Shown: positions 37,160-51,699, counted from the stretch's first letter. The stretch is 64,000 nucleotides of DNA from Euglena gracilis (GCA_039621445.1 CP154954.1:1116001-1180000), one strand, 5' to 3'. Made by a program: numbers and translations. Notes: generated by a model not told the origin, from the sequence alone.

Positions 37160-38215
37160 TCAAAAACAAGGCAATGAAGACCGAATCTGCCGTAAATCGA
37201 CATTTTCACAAGCTCTTTTTCTAAAGTTTTTAACCATTATATCTAACTGTTCTTCACCATAAATTTCTTTGTTCACTAAAGTATATAATTCAAATTTATC
37301 AATTTTTTTATTTTTTGCTTTTTCTAGAAAAAAAATAAGAAGCATTTCCACAAAAATCCAGTTAAAATCCCAGTTTTTATAATTATCGTTTTTTAAAGAA
37401 TTATGTTTATAAAACTTAGAAGCTTGCTTAAATAAAAAAATATTAGAAATATTAGAATTTGAGATACTATTTTCTAATACTGCGACTTCAGATATATACT
37501 TCAACAACATAGAACGAAGTTTTATTGCATCGTTTTTACTCGTTAAAAAAAACAAATTTTTGTACTCTATTATATATTTTTCAATGATGTTTAAAAATTG
37601 ATCATTAGCTTTCAAAACATTAAAATGATCGTGTAAAAAATTATTAGAATCATTTATTTCTAATTCCTTTTTCTCTTCTGTTATTTTTTCTTTCACTTTT
37701 AAATAATTTTCTGAGGAATTGGAAATCAATTTAGAAAAAAACGAAGGAAAACAATGATCTTTTCGCGCACGACTTAATAAATTATTTTTAATAACAAAAT
37801 CAAAACTTAAAGAATTTTTTAAACCATTTTCAAACCTTGGAACACCTGACCAACAAACTTCAATGTTTTTATTCCCTGTTTTAGAAAAAAAATTATCAAG
37901 TGAAGTTTTACTACTCGATCCCTTTTCTACAATAACAGAATTTTTTTCAAAAGAAAATAATTTTTTAAGACCATGCCTTCGGTAATTTTTATTAAATTCT
38001 ATATAGACCTCTATAGTCACTTCACAAAAGTTGTTTAAATTATTTTCAGACAAATCAAAACCATAAATAATAAAAGAAATAGAGTTATAATTAATTAACT
38101 CTTTCCACTTTTTGATGAATAATAAGTTAAAATCCTCAAAACTACCGAACCCTGTTTTAATAAAAACATGCCAGTTTTTTCCTGGAACCATTGAATACAT
38201 AATAAAATCTCCCAT
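37160..38215 (-). CDS. ORF351, inverted copy
   Basis: Translation identical to 23625-24680. Confidence 0.7.
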   Translation of the reverse strand: MGDFIMYSMVPGKNWHVFIKTGFGSFEDFNLLFIKKWKELINYNSISFIIYGFDLSENNLNNFCEVTIEVYIEFNKNYRRHGLKKLFSFEKNSVIVEKGSSSKTSLDNFFSKTGNKNIEVCWSGVPRFENGLKNSLSFDFVIKNNLLSRARKDHCFPSFFSKLISNSSENYLKVKEKITEEKKELEINDSNNFLHDHFNVLKANDQFLNIIEKYIIEYKNLFFLTSKNDAIKLRSMLLKYISEVAVLENSISNSNISNIFLFKQASKFYKHNSLKNDNYKNWDFNWIFVEMLLIFFLEKAKNKKIDKFELYTLVNKEIYGEEQLDIMVKNFRKRACENVDLRQIRSSLPCF

Positions 38216-39134
38216 AAATAAAAAAATAAATCATTTTTTGAAAACCTCAAACTTCCATATCTCCATTATGCAAAAAAAAAAAAAAAATGAAAAAAAAATT
38301 TGCAAACCTTCAATTCGAACTTGCGACCCACTACGATGAAGTAACATAATCACAACGTTACCAATTAAGGATTTTTTTTCTATAATAATAATTTTTTTAA
38401 AAAAAAATGAGTGTGAAAAATATAAAAATCTTAATTGAAAAAAAAAATAATAACAAATAACAACTTTTTAAAAAATATAAAAAAATAGATAATTAAAATA
38501 TATATTAACTACAATTTCGTTGTAGGTTAAATTTTAAAAAATCCCGAAGTAAATTGCAAGAACTCTGGAATCAAGGAAAAATATATAAGCAAAAAAAATA
38601 ACACAGTTTTGCTTAAAGAAAAAAATAAATTTTCTGAATAAATACATCCTAAAAATCATAAATAAAATGTAAGAAATTGCTTTTTTTGATGAATAATAAG
38701 TTAAAATCCTCAAAACTACCGAATCCTGTCTTAATAAAAACATGCCAATTTTTACCCGGCACTATTGAATGCATAAAAATCTCCCATAAATAAAATCACC
38801 GAATTTTAGAACAACCCCCCCCTATTTGCAAAAAAAAAAAAAAAAATGAAAAAAAAAATTGCAAAACCCAAATTCGAGCTGTCGTACTAATTACGATACT
38901 GAAATGTAGTTACCACATAGTCTACAAAGCATTTTTTTTTTTCTAAAAAAATAATAAAAAAAATTGACCTATTTTTATATAAAAAACCATGTGTTAAGGA
39001 AATAATATTACGTATAAAAAACGTAGTGACTACTAATAATTATGTATCAAGTTATTTAATACATAAAAAATTTAATATATTGATATTTTTCTTTGAAATC
39101 GAAATAGTATGTATTGACATCAGAGGTAATTTTT

Positions 39135-39482
39135 TTACTCCTCCGTTTTTTGCATTTCTATAATAGTATTATCTGTGTATAAGTTACGCGGTAACTCAAC
39201 TCCTTTTTCCTCAAGAAATTTTTCAATAAACTCATAAAATTGCTTTTCTCTTTGCTTAGAATCATATTCATATGATTCGCCATACTGTTTTCTGCGACGT
39301 TTTTCAGCAATTTCGTTTCTCAGAACAACATCTTCCCAACTAAAAAGTTGATCATTAGGTTTTTTTTCATTAAAAATAGGATAATCATTTCTTTCTAATT
39401 CCTTTTTATCTTCCATTAATTTTTGATAATCCCTTTCGGGAACCATTGAGCACATAAAATAAAACATAATAAAATCTCCCAT
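39135..39482 (-). CDS. ORF115, inverted copy
   Basis: Translation identical to 22360-22707. Confidence 0.55.
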   Translation of the reverse strand: MGDFIMFYFMCSMVPERDYQKLMEDKKELERNDYPIFNEKKPNDQLFSWEDVVLRNEIAEKRRRKQYGESYEYDSKQREKQFYEFIEKFLEEKGVELPRNLYTDNTIIEMQKTEE

Positions 39483-40382
39483 AAATAAAAAAATAAATCA
39501 TTTTTTGAAAACCTCAAACTCCCATATCTCCATTATGCAAAAAAAAAAAAAAATGAAAAAAAAAATTGCAAACCTTCAATTCGAACTTGCGACCCACTAC
39601 GATGAAGTAACATAATCACAACGTTACCAATTAAGGATTTTTTTTTCTATAATAATAATTTTTTTTAAAAAAAATGAGTGTGAAAAATATAAAAATCTTA
39701 ATTGAAAAAAAAAATAATAACAAATAACAACTTTTTAAAAAATATAAAAAAATAGATCATTAAATATATCTTAACTACAATTTCGTTGTAGGTTAAATTT
39801 TAAAAAATCCCGAAGTAAATTGCAAGAACTCTGGAATCAAGGAAAAATATATAAGCAAAAAAAATAACACAGTTTTGCTTAAAGAAAAAAATAAATTTTC
39901 TGAATAAATACATCCTAAAAATCATAAATAAAATGTAAGAAATTGCTTTTTTTGATGAATAATAAGTTAAAATCCTCAAAACTACCGAATCCTGTCTTAA
40001 TAAAAACATGCCAATTTTTACCCGGCACTATTGAATGCATAAAAATCTCCCATAAATAAAATCACCGAATTTTAGAACAACCCCCCCTATTTGCAAAAAA
40101 AAAAAAAAAATGAAAAAAAAAAATTGCAAAACCCAAATTCGAGCTGTCGTACTAATTACGATACTGAAATGTAGTTACCACATAGTCTACAAAGCATTTT
40201 TTTTTTCTAAAAAAAATAATAAAAAAAATTGACCTATTTTTATATAAAAAACCATGTGTTAAAGAAATAATATTACGTATAAAAAACGTAGTGACTACTA
40301 ATAATTATGTATCAAGTTATTTAATACATAAAAAATTTAATATATTGATATTTTTCTTTGAAATCGAAAATAGAAAGGAATA

Positions 40383-41528
40383 TTACTCGGGGGGTAATGC
40401 ATCCTTATAATAATTAAATGGGATTTCTATAACCTCAACAAATCCATCCCCCACATTACAGTTGGATGAAACTGCTAGATCTTGTGAAGTAAACATTTTT
40501 TCTTCAGGAACAAACGTTCGGCCCAAATTCCCCCCAGGTATTTGACCGGGTGCTGACATTGACTGCCCGTATGGGTAGACAAATCCTGTTTGCAAAGTCG
40601 GATTAAATTGTAACATATCATTGCTAACCGGCTGACCTCTTTTTACGGTTTCAGCAATTGCATATGCATTAGCTACACACATACTTAAATAGAAACCAGT
40701 TTGCACGATCCTTTTCATCACAATAAATGTTCTTGGAGTTAACCATAAAGTGCTTAATGAACCCTCTAGGTCATAACCCTCTTCCAATAAAATTTTATCA
40801 AAATCAGTTGACCAAAAATCAGGATTGAAAATTGAAAAATCTTCAACTTTGAAACTTTGTTCGATAGAAGGAATATTTACTGGGTCTTGACTTGACTTTA
40901 AATCATCTTCGGAACGATTGTCTTCAGAATTATCATTTTTTTGATCATGATTAAAAGAGAAAAAAGAAGCCAAGATTTTTGAAGATTCTTTAAGTACACC
41001 AAAAAATTTAAATGCAAAATTAAATGCGCAATAACCAGAAAAACTAATTACCATAATTACGGCAATTTTGGAAATAAAATTCTTACTATAAAATATTTTA
41101 ATTTTTTTCCAAAACTCCAAAGCCTTCAACGAAGGGTCGTTTTTCAAAATTTCATTTTTAGAAATTTCAACGGACTTGATTACTTTTAATGTTCTGTTAC
41201 CAACTTGAAACAAAAAATTACAGTAAAGCGCATATTGGATATAATTTTTCGAAATTATCAATAAAGCCAAAAGAAAAACTTTTGGATCGTTTTTTTTTTT
41301 TACTATCCTTAGAAAATTCCTAAGGAAAAAAATTAAATTGTAAAAAGATAAACTAGTATTAACTAACAAATAAATTTTATAATAATTTGTTTGAAAAAAA
41401 TACAATAAAATTGCATTGCAGGTAGCCAACGAATATCGATTAATTAAAATAGATTTTACTTTAATTATATAGTTCATAAAAGAGTGTAAAAAAACAAAAT
41501 TTCTAAAGAAATACATCGTAAAAATCAT
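40383..41528 (-). CDS. orphan ORF381, intact copy
   Basis: 1146-nt ORF; hydrophobic segments, an acidic linker (DNSEDNRSEDD) and a GC-richer C-terminal domain; true start uncertain. Confidence 0.65.
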   Translation of the reverse strand: MIFTMYFFRNFVFLHSFMNYIIKVKSILINRYSLATCNAILLYFFQTNYYKIYLLVNTSLSFYNLIFFLRNFLRIVKKKNDPKVFLLALLIISKNYIQYALYCNFLFQVGNRTLKVIKSVEISKNEILKNDPSLKALEFWKKIKIFYSKNFISKIAVIMVISFSGYCAFNFAFKFFGVLKESSKILASFFSFNHDQKNDNSEDNRSEDDLKSSQDPVNIPSIEQSFKVEDFSIFNPDFWSTDFDKILLEEGYDLEGSLSTLWLTPRTFIVMKRIVQTGFYLSMCVANAYAIAETVKRGQPVSNDMLQFNPTLQTGFVYPYGQSMSAPGQIPGGNLGRTFVPEEKMFTSQDLAVSSNCNVGDGFVEVIEIPFNYYKDALPPE

Positions 41529-41754
41529 AAAATGAATATAAGAAATCGTTTTTTTTTGCTTTTAATTTTCTTTACCTATTTCTATGAATGTGTCATAAAA
41601 AATAAAAAAATAATAATTCTTAATCAAACTAAAAAAAATACAAAAAAAAAATAGATCATTGAATATATATCAATAACTATATTTTAATTGCATTGTAGGT
41701 TAAATGCAAAAAATTCCCGAAGTAATTTTGCAAAAAACCCAAGAATCAAGGGTT

Positions 41755-42575
41755 ATGTACTTATATATACCAATGTACTTATATAATATATATACCAATT
41801 TACTTATATATATTAATATATTTATATATATTATATATACTATATATACCAATATACTTATATATATTAATGTACTTATATATATTATATATACTATATA
41901 TACCAATGTACTTATATATATTAATGTACTTATATATATTGTATATAGTATATATACGAATGTACTTATATATATTAATGTACTTATATATATTATATGT
42001 ATTATATATACCAATGTACTTATATATAATGTACTTATATATATTATATATACTATATATACCAATGTACTTATATATATTAATGTACTTAGATATATTA
42101 TATAGACTATATATACCAATGTACTTATATATATTAATGTACTTATATATATTATATATACTATATACCAATGTGCTTATATATATTCATGTACTTATAT
42201 ATATTATATATACTATATATAGCAATGTACTTATATATATTAATGTGCTTATATGTATTATCGATACTATGTCTACCAATGTACTTATATATATTAATGT
42301 ACTTATATATATTATATATACTATATATACCAATGTACTTATATATATTATATATACTATATATACCAATGTACTTATATATATTAATGTACTTATATAT
42401 ATTATATATACTATATATACCAATGTACTTATATATATTAATGTACTTATATATATTATATATACTATATATACCAATGTACTTATATATATTAATGTAC
42501 TTATATATATTATATATACTATATATACCAATGTACTTATATATATTATATATACTATATATACCAATGTACTTA
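41755..42575 (-). repeat. 54-nt VNTR, roughly 15 units
   Basis: Reverse complement of the 54-nt unit. Confidence 0.93.
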
Positions 42576-45500
42576 AATGGTCTTTACTGAATATTTTCTA
42601 CATCAGTCCCCTTGGTGACCAAGCAAGGGGCACATTTACTATAATGTGTACACTAAAAGCGCGCTTTGTAGGATTCGAACCTACTACATCAGGTTTTGGA
42701 GACCTACGCCTTATGGTTTTTTATTGATTATTAACCCTGATTTATTAATTATTAAGTACTTTATGGTTAAATTCCGTAACGTTTATTGTAATCCAAAGAA
42801 CCACACAAACTGCTTTCTATTTAGCTATGTGTGTGGCTAATGCATACGTAATTTCTTAAAGGGTAAAAAGGAAGTGAACCCATTGCCGAGGAAATGCTTA
42901 GATTCGATTCTATTGCTCAATCAGGTTGTATCCATCCATAATCCATCCATACGTCAAGTCCGGATGGAAGAACTGGTTGGTTATTTCTGCCAGATAAAAG
43001 ATGTTTACTTTCCAAGATAATATTTTAAGGTTTAAGATTTCAAGATAAACAAAGTTTATAAATGTTAGTTAATAATTACAGTTCATTATCAGAGATAGGT
43101 TTTTCAGAAAAATGATATAATGAAAAAATAGAAGATGTTTAGAGCTAACAATATTTTTACATGAGTTACATATTTAATGTAATATAAAATTGTATGTTTC
43201 GTAGGATTTTACTTAGAAACAAACAGAAATGTCTAGATATATATATAGAGTTTTTCTCAATTTCTATTATTCTTGTTCTTATTCAATGTTAGATTATTAT
43301 TCGTGATGATAGATTATCTTACTTATTATTATTATTCCTGTAATCACTTATGCTATTATTCTTCTGAAACGTCATATTCAAGTTACTTAATATATAATTA
43401 TGGTAGACTAAATGATTGTACTCTAAAAGTTCGATCTCATTTTTTATGAATAAATACAATACTAAAAATTAATTGTAAGGTATTAAATATTAATAATATT
43501 TTGTAACTACTTTTGATTTATTCATCTGTACTTCTTGTAATACTTCTTTATATCAAAAATGTGGGTAAATTATTTGTATTAGTTTAATCGGCAAAAAGCT
43601 TTGTTAAACAAAATTTTGCTTGTTGCTGGAAATTAAAATTTTACGAAAATGACAATGATTACACTATTTGTGATAATAGTTTATTACTAAATATGTATAT
43701 TTATACTAATATTATTTCAAAAATAGGTAATAATAATAGATTATTTAAGATTTAAAATAATCTATATAAATACTTTATAGTAGTTATTATGTATTAAACG
43801 CGTTTTTATTATTTTTTACTGTCACTAAAATTTTTCAAGAAGCTATTAAAATTTTAAAAGTGTTATAATTTATATATTTTTAAAAATAAATTTTTGTATA
43901 TATATAATTCTGTTGTACACTTTTTTGTAATAAAGTTTGTAAATTCCAGAAAATTATATGTTTTAGAATATTTTATTTTTATTCAATTATTATTCTATGA
44001 TATTTTTTATACACCCAGATAGTTTTATCTTGTTAACTCATCAATACTCATCAATATAGTAAACAATAAAAATTTTGAAAACAAAGAATCATGTTTTCAA
44101 GCAATCCTCAAAATTAGATAAAGCTTATTTTTGAATTTTAATTGAAGTTACTTTATTTTCTATGGATAACAAAAATTAAATTAATTCAAAATTTTGATTT
44201 TTAAAATGAATCTAATTTCAAATCATAAATTCTCTTGCAAAGTAATAATTTTAATGACTTGGATTACTTTTGAAACGAACATGATTCACATTGTTTTCAA
44301 AATTTTTATTGTTTACTATATTGATGAGTATTGATGAGTTAACAAGATAAAACTATCTGGGTGTATAAAAAATATCATAGAATAATAATTGAATAAAAAT
44401 AAAATATTCTAAAACATATAATTTTCTGGAATTTACAAACTTTATTACAAAAAAGTGTACAACAGAATTATATATATACAAAAATTTATTTTTAAAAATA
44501 TATAAATTATAACACTTTTAAAATTTTAATAGCTTCTTGAAAAATTTTAGTGACAGTAAAAAATAATAAAAACGCGTTTAATACATAATAACTACTATAA
44601 AGTATTTATATAGATTATTTTAAATCTTAAATAATCTATTATTATTACCTATTTTTGAAATAATATTAGTATAAATATACATATTTAGTAATAAACTATT
44701 ATCACAAATAGTGTAATCATTGTCATTTTCGTAAAATTTTAATTTCCAGCAACAAGCAAAATTTTGTTTAACAAAGCTTTTTGCCGATTAAACTAATACA
44801 AATAATTTACCCACATTTTTGATATAAAGAAGTATTACAAGAAGTACAGATGAATAAATCAAAAGTAGTTACAAAATATTATTAATATTTAATACCTTAC
44901 AATTAATTTTTAGTATTGTATTTATTCATAAAAAATGAGATCGAACTTTTAGAGTACAATCATTTAGTCTACCATAATTATATTAAGTAACTTGAATATG
45001 ACGTTTCAGAAGAATAATAGCATAAGTGATTACAGGAATAATAATAAGTAAGATAATCTATCATCACGAATAATAATCTAACATTGAATAAGAACAAGAA
45101 TAATAGAAATTGAGAAAAACTCTATATATATATCTAGACATTTCTGTTTGTTTCTAAGTAAAATCCTACGAAACATACAATTTTATATTACATTAAATAT
45201 GTAACTCATGTAAAAATATTGTTAGCTCTAAACATCTTCTATTTTTTCATTATATCATTTTTCTGAAAAACCTATCTCTGATAATGAACTGTAATAATTA
45301 ACTAACACTTATAAACTTTGTTTATCTTGAAATCTTAAACCTTAAAATATTATCTTGGAAAGTAAACATCTTTTATCTGGCAGAAATAACCAACCAGTTC
45401 TTCCATCCGGACTTGACGTATGGATGGATTATGGATGGATACAACCTGATTGAGCAATAGAATCGAATCTAAGCATTTCCTCGGCAATGGGTTCACTTCC

Positions 45501-45735
45501 TTTTTACCCTTTAAGAAATTACGTATGCATTAGCCACACACATATCTAAATATAAATCAGTTTGTGTTGTTCTTTTTATTACAATAAACGTTACGGAATT
45601 TAACCATAAAGTACTTAATAATTAATTAATCATGGTTAATAATCAATAAAAAACCATAAGGCGTAGTCTCCAAATCCTGATGTAGTCGGTTCGAATCCTA
45701 CAAACTTTTAGTGTACAATAGTAAATCTTGGTCAC

Positions 45736-47100
45736 AATATTATTCAGTAAACCATTTGGTATATATAGTATATATAATATTAAGTACATTAATAGTATAA
45801 GTACATTGGTATGTATATATATAATATTATAAGTACATAATATTATAAGTACATATATAGTATATATAATATATATAAGTACTTAATATAAAGTACATGG
45901 TATATATAGTATATATAATATATAAGTACATTAATATATATAAGTACATTGGTATATAGTATATATAAATATATAAGTACATTAATATATAAGTACATTG
46001 GTATATATAGTATTATAAATATATAAGTACATTAATATATATAAGTACATTGGTATATATAGTTATATAATATATAAGTACATTAATATATATAAGTACA
46101 TTGGTATATAGTATATATAAATATATAAGTACATATTATATAAGTACATTGGTATATATAGTATATATAATATATATAATTACATTAATATATCTAAGTA
46201 CATTGGTATATATAGTATATATAATATATATAAGGACATTAATATATATAAGTACATTGGTATATATAGTATATATAATATATATAAGTACATTAATATA
46301 TATAAGTACATTGGTATATATAGTATATAATATATATAAGTACATTAATATATATAAGTACATTGGTATATATAGTATATATATATATAAGTACATTAAT
46401 ATATATAAGTACATTGGTATATATAGTATATAATATATATAAGTACATTAATATATATAAGTACATTGGTATATATAGTATATATAATATATATAAGTAC
46501 ATTAATATATATAAGTACATTGGTATATATAGTATATATAATATATAAGTACATTAATATATATAAGTACATTGGTATATATAGTATATATAATATATAT
46601 AAGTACATTAATATATATAAGTACATTGGTATATATAGTATATATAATATATATAAGTACATTAATATATATAAGTACATTGGTATATATAGTATATATA
46701 ATATATATAAGTACATTAATATATATAAGTACATTGGTATATATAGTATATATAATATATATAAGTACATTAATATATAAAAGTACATTGGTATATAGTA
46801 TATATAATATATATAAGTACATTAATATATATAAGTACATTGGTATATATAGTATATATAATATATATAAGTACATTAATATATAAGTACATTGGTATAT
46901 ATAGTATATATAATATATATAAGTACATTAATATATATAAGTACATTGGTATATATAGTATATATAATATATATAAGTACATTAATATATATAAGTACAT
47001 TGGTATATATAGTATATATAATATATATAAGTACATTAATATATATAAGTACATTGGTATATATAGTATATATAAGTACATTGGTATATATAAGTACATA
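45736..47100 (+). repeat. 54-nt VNTR, roughly 25 units
   Basis: Clean 54-nt periodicity at 46440-47060. Confidence 0.95.
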
Positions 47101-47324
47101 ACCCTTGATTCTTGGGTTTTTTGCAAAATTACTTCGGGAATTTTTTGCATTTAACCTACAATGCAATTAAAATATAGTTATTGATATATATTCAATGATC
47201 TATTTTTTTTTTGTATTTTTTTTAGTTTGATTAAGAATTATTATTTTTTTATTTTTTATGACACATTCATAGAAATAGGTAAAGAAAATTAAAAGCAAAA
47301 AAAACGATTTCTTATATTCATTTT

Positions 47325-48471
47325 ATGATTTTTACGATGTATTTCTTTAGAAATTTTGTTTTTTTACACTCTTTTATGAACTATATAATTAAAGTAAAAT
47401 CTATTTTAATTAATCGATATTCGTTGGCTACCTGCAATGCAATTTTATTGTATTTTTTTCAAACAAATTATTATAAAATTTATTTGTTAGTTAATACTAG
47501 TTTATCTTTTTACAATTTAATTTTTTTCCTTAGGAATTTTCTAAGGATAGTAAAAAAAAAAAACGATCCAAAAGTTTTTCTTTTGGCTTTATTGATAATT
47601 TCGAAAAATTATATCCAATATGCGCTTTACTGTAATTTTTTGTTTCAAGTTGGTAACAGAACATTAAAAGTAATCAAGTCCGTTGAAATTTCTAAAAATG
47701 AAATTTTGAAAAACGACCCTTCGTTGAAGGCTTTGGAGTTTTGGAAAAAAATTAAAATATTTTATAGTAAGAATTTTATTTCCAAAATTGCCGTAATTAT
47801 GGTAATTAGTTTTTCTGGTTATTGCGCATTTAATTTTGCATTTAAATTTTTTGGTGTACTTAAAGAATCTTCAAAAATCTTGGCTTCTTTTTTCTCTTTT
47901 AATCATGATCAAAAAAATGATAATTCTGAAGACAATCGTTCCGAAGATGATTTAAAGTCAAGTCAAGACCCAGTAAATATTCCTTCTATCGAACAAAGTT
48001 TCAAAGTTGAAGATTTTTCAATTTTCAATCCTGATTTTTGGTCAACTGATTTTGATAAAATTTTATTGGAAGAGGGTTATGACCTAGAGGGTTCATTAAG
48101 CACTTTATGGTTAACTCCAAGAACATTTATTGTGATGAAAAGGATCGTGCAAACTGGTTTCTATTTAAGTATGTGTGTAGCTAATGCATATGCAATTGCT
48201 GAAACCGTAAAAAAGAGGTCAGCCGGTTAGCAATGATATGTTACAATTTAATCCGACTTTGCAAACAGGATTTGTCTACCCATACGGGCAGTCAATGTCA
48301 GCACCCGGTCAAATACCTGGGGGGAATTTGGGCCGAACGTTTGTTCCTGAAGAAAAAATGTTTACTTCACAAGATCTAGCAGTTTCATCCAACTGTAATG
48401 TGGGGGATGGATTTGTTGAGGTTATAGAAATCCCATTTAATTATTATAAGGATGCATTACCCCCCGAGTAA
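47325..48471 (+). CDS. ORF381, third copy (extra A at ~48210 causes a frameshift)
   Basis: 301 aa and 77 aa pieces join to give ORF381. Confidence 0.6.
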
Positions 48472-49375
48472 TATTCCTTTCTATTTTCGATTTCAAAGAA
48501 AAATATCAATATATTAAATTTTTTATGTATTAAATAACTTGATACATAATTATTAGTAGTCACTACGTTTTTTATACGTAATATTATTTCTTTAACACAT
48601 GGTTTTTTATATAAAAATAGGTCAATTTTTTTTATTATTTTTTTTAGAAAAAAAAAAATGCTTTGTAGACTATGTGGTAACTACATTTCAGTATCGTAAT
48701 TAGTACGACAGCTCGAATTTGGGTTTTGCAATTTTTTTTTCATTTTTTTTTTTTTTTTTTTTAAAAATAGGGTTAGTTGTTCTAAAATTCGGTGATTTTA
48801 TTTATGGGAGATTTTTATGCATTCAATAAAAAAAAAAAAAAATTGGCATGTTTTTATTAAGACAGGATTCGGTAGTTTTGAGGATTTTAACTTATTATTC
48901 ATCAAAAAAAGCAATTTCTTACATTTTATTTATGATTTTTAGGATGTATTTATTCAGAAAATTTATTTTTTTCTTTAAGCAAAACTGTGTTATTTTTTTT
49001 GCTTATATATTTTTCCTTGATTCCAGAGTTCTTGCAATTTACTTCGGGATTTTTTAAAATTTAACCTACAACGAAATTGTAGTTAAGATATATTTTAATG
49101 ATCTATTTTTTTATATTTTTTAAAAAGTTGTTATTTGTTATTATTTTTTTTTCAATTAAGATTTTTATATTTTTCACACTCATTTTTTTTAAAAAAAATT
49201 ATTATTATAGAAAAAAAAAATCCTTAATTGGTAACGTTGTGATTATGTTACTTCATCGTAGTGGGTCGCAAGTTCGAATTGAAGGTTTGCAATTTTTTTT
49301 TTCATTTTTTTTTTTTTTTGCATAATGGAGATATGGGAGTTTGAGGTTTTCAAAAAATGATTTATTTTTTTATTT

Positions 49376-49723
49376 ATGGGAGATTTTATTATGTTTTATT
49401 TTATGTGCTCAATGGTTCCCGAAAGGGATTATCAAAAATTAATGGAAGATAAAAAGGAATTAGAAAGAAATGATTATCCTATTTTTAATGAAAAAAAACC
49501 TAATGATCAACTTTTTAGTTGGGAAGATGTTGTTCTGAGAAACGAAATTGCTGAAAAACGTCGCAGAAAACAGTATGGCGAATCATATGAATATGATTCT
49601 AAGCAAAGAGAAAAGCAATTTTATGAGTTTATTGAAAAATTTCTTGAGGAAAAAGGAGTTGAGTTACCGCGTAACTTATACACAGATAATACTATTATAG
49701 AAATGCAAAAAACGGAGGAGTAA
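49376..49723 (+). CDS. ORF115, third copy
   Basis: Identical translation. Confidence 0.55.
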   Translation: MGDFIMFYFMCSMVPERDYQKLMEDKKELERNDYPIFNEKKPNDQLFSWEDVVLRNEIAEKRRRKQYGESYEYDSKQREKQFYEFIEKFLEEKGVELPRNLYTDNTIIEMQKTEE

Positions 49724-50643
49724 AAAAATTACCTCTGATGTCAATACATACTATTTTCGATTTCAAAGAAAAATATCAATATATTAAATTTTTTATGTAT
49801 TAAATAACTTGATACATAATTATTAGTAGTCACTACGTTTTTTATACGTAATATTATTTCCTTAACACATGGTTTTTTATATAAAAATAGGTCAATTTTT
49901 TTTATTATTTTTTTAGAAAAAAAAAAATGCTTTGTAGACTATGTGGTTATTACATTTCAGTATCGTAATTAGTACGACAGCTCGAATTTGGGTTTTGCAA
50001 TTTTTTTTTTCATTTTTTTTTTTTTTTTGCAAATAGGGGGGGGTTGTTCTAAAATTCGGTGATTTTATTTATGGGAGATTTTTATGCATTCAATAGTGCC
50101 GGGTAAAAATTGGCATGTTTTTATTAAGACAGGATTCGGTATTTTTGAGGATTTTAACTTATTATTCATCAAAAAAAGCAATTTCTTACATTTTATTTAT
50201 GATTTTTAGGATGTATTTATTCAGAAAATTTATTTTTTTCTTTAAGCAAAACTGTGTTATTTTTTTTGCTTATATATTTTTCCTTGATTCCAGAGTTCTT
50301 GCAATTTACTTCGGGATTTTTTAAAATTTAACCTACAACGAAATTGTAGTTAAGATATATTTTAATGATCTATTTTTTTATATTTTTTAAAAAGTTGTTA
50401 TTTGTTATTATTTTTTTTTTCAATTAAGATTTTTATATTTTTCACACTCATTTTTTTTTAAAAAAATTATTATTATAGAAAAAAAATCCTTAATTGGTAA
50501 CGTTGTGATTATGTTACTTCATCGTAGTGGGTCGCAAGTTCGAATTGAAGGTTTGCAAATTTTTTTTTTCATTTTTTTTTTTTTTTTGCATAATGGAGAT
50601 ATGGAAGTTTGAGGTTTTCAAAAAATGATTTATTTTTTTATTT

Positions 50644-51699
50644 ATGGGAGATTTTATTATGTATTCAATGGTTCCAGGAAAAAACTGGCATGTTTTTATT
50701 AAAACAGGGTTCGGTAGTTTTGAGGATTTTAACTTATTATTCATCAAAAAGTGGAAAGAGTTAATTAATTATAACTCTATTTCTTTTATTATTTATGGTT
50801 TTGATTTGTCTGAAAATAATTTAAACAACTTTTGTGAAGTGACTATAGAGGTCTATATAGAATTTAATAAAAATTACCGAAGGCATGGTCTTAAAAAATT
50901 ATTTTCTTTTGAAAAAAATTCTGTTATTGTAGAAAATTGATCGAGTAGTAAAACTTCACTTGATAATTTTTTTTCTAAAACAGGGAATAAAAACATTGAA
51001 GTTTGTTGGTCAGGTGTTCCAAGGTTTGAAAATGGTTTAAAAAATTCTTTAAGTTTTGATTTTGTTATTAAAAATAATTTATTAAGTCGTGCGCGAAAAG
51101 ATCATTGTTTTCCTTCGTTTTTTTCTAAATTGATTTCCAATTCCTCAGAAAATTATTTAAAAGTGAAAGAAAAAATAACAGAAGAGAAAAAGGAATTAGA
51201 AATAAATGATTCTAATAATTTTTTACACGATCATTTTAATGTTTTGAAAGCTAATGATCAATTTTTAAACATCATTGAAAAATATATAATAGAGTACAAA
51301 AATTTGTTTTTTTTAACGAGTAAAAACGATGCAATAAAACTTCGTTCTATGTTGTTGAAGTATATATCTGAAGTCGCAGTATTAGAAAATAGTATCTCAA
51401 ATTCTAATATTTCTAATATTTTTTTATTTAAGCAAGCTTCTAAGTTTTATAAACATAATTCTTTAAAAAACGATAATTATAAAAACTGGGATTTTAACTG
51501 GATTTTTGTGGAAATGCTTCTTATTTTTTTTCTAGAAAAAGAAAAAAATAAAAAAATTGATAAATTTGAATTATATACTTTAGTGAACAAAGAAATTTAT
51601 GGTGAAGAACAGTTAGATATAATGGTTAAAAACTTTAGAAAAAGAGCTTGTGAAAATGTCGATTTACGGCAGATTCGGTCTTCATTGCCTTGTTTTTGA
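50644..51699 (+). CDS. ORF351, third copy (premature TGA at 50938, likely a sequence error)
   Basis: GAAAATTGATCG here versus GAAAAGGGATCG in the other two copies. Confidence 0.6.

Larger units (their letters stand above)
31066..44095 (-). repeat. inverted copy of ~17700-30776 (fold-back arm)
   Basis: Every feature is mirrored; junctions at ~31062-31066 and ~44095-44160. Confidence 0.95.

Noticed and set aside
41700-47166. Tyr/Ile-rich ORFs in the VNTR arrays
   Set aside because: They are translations of a 54-nt repeat, whose length is a multiple of three
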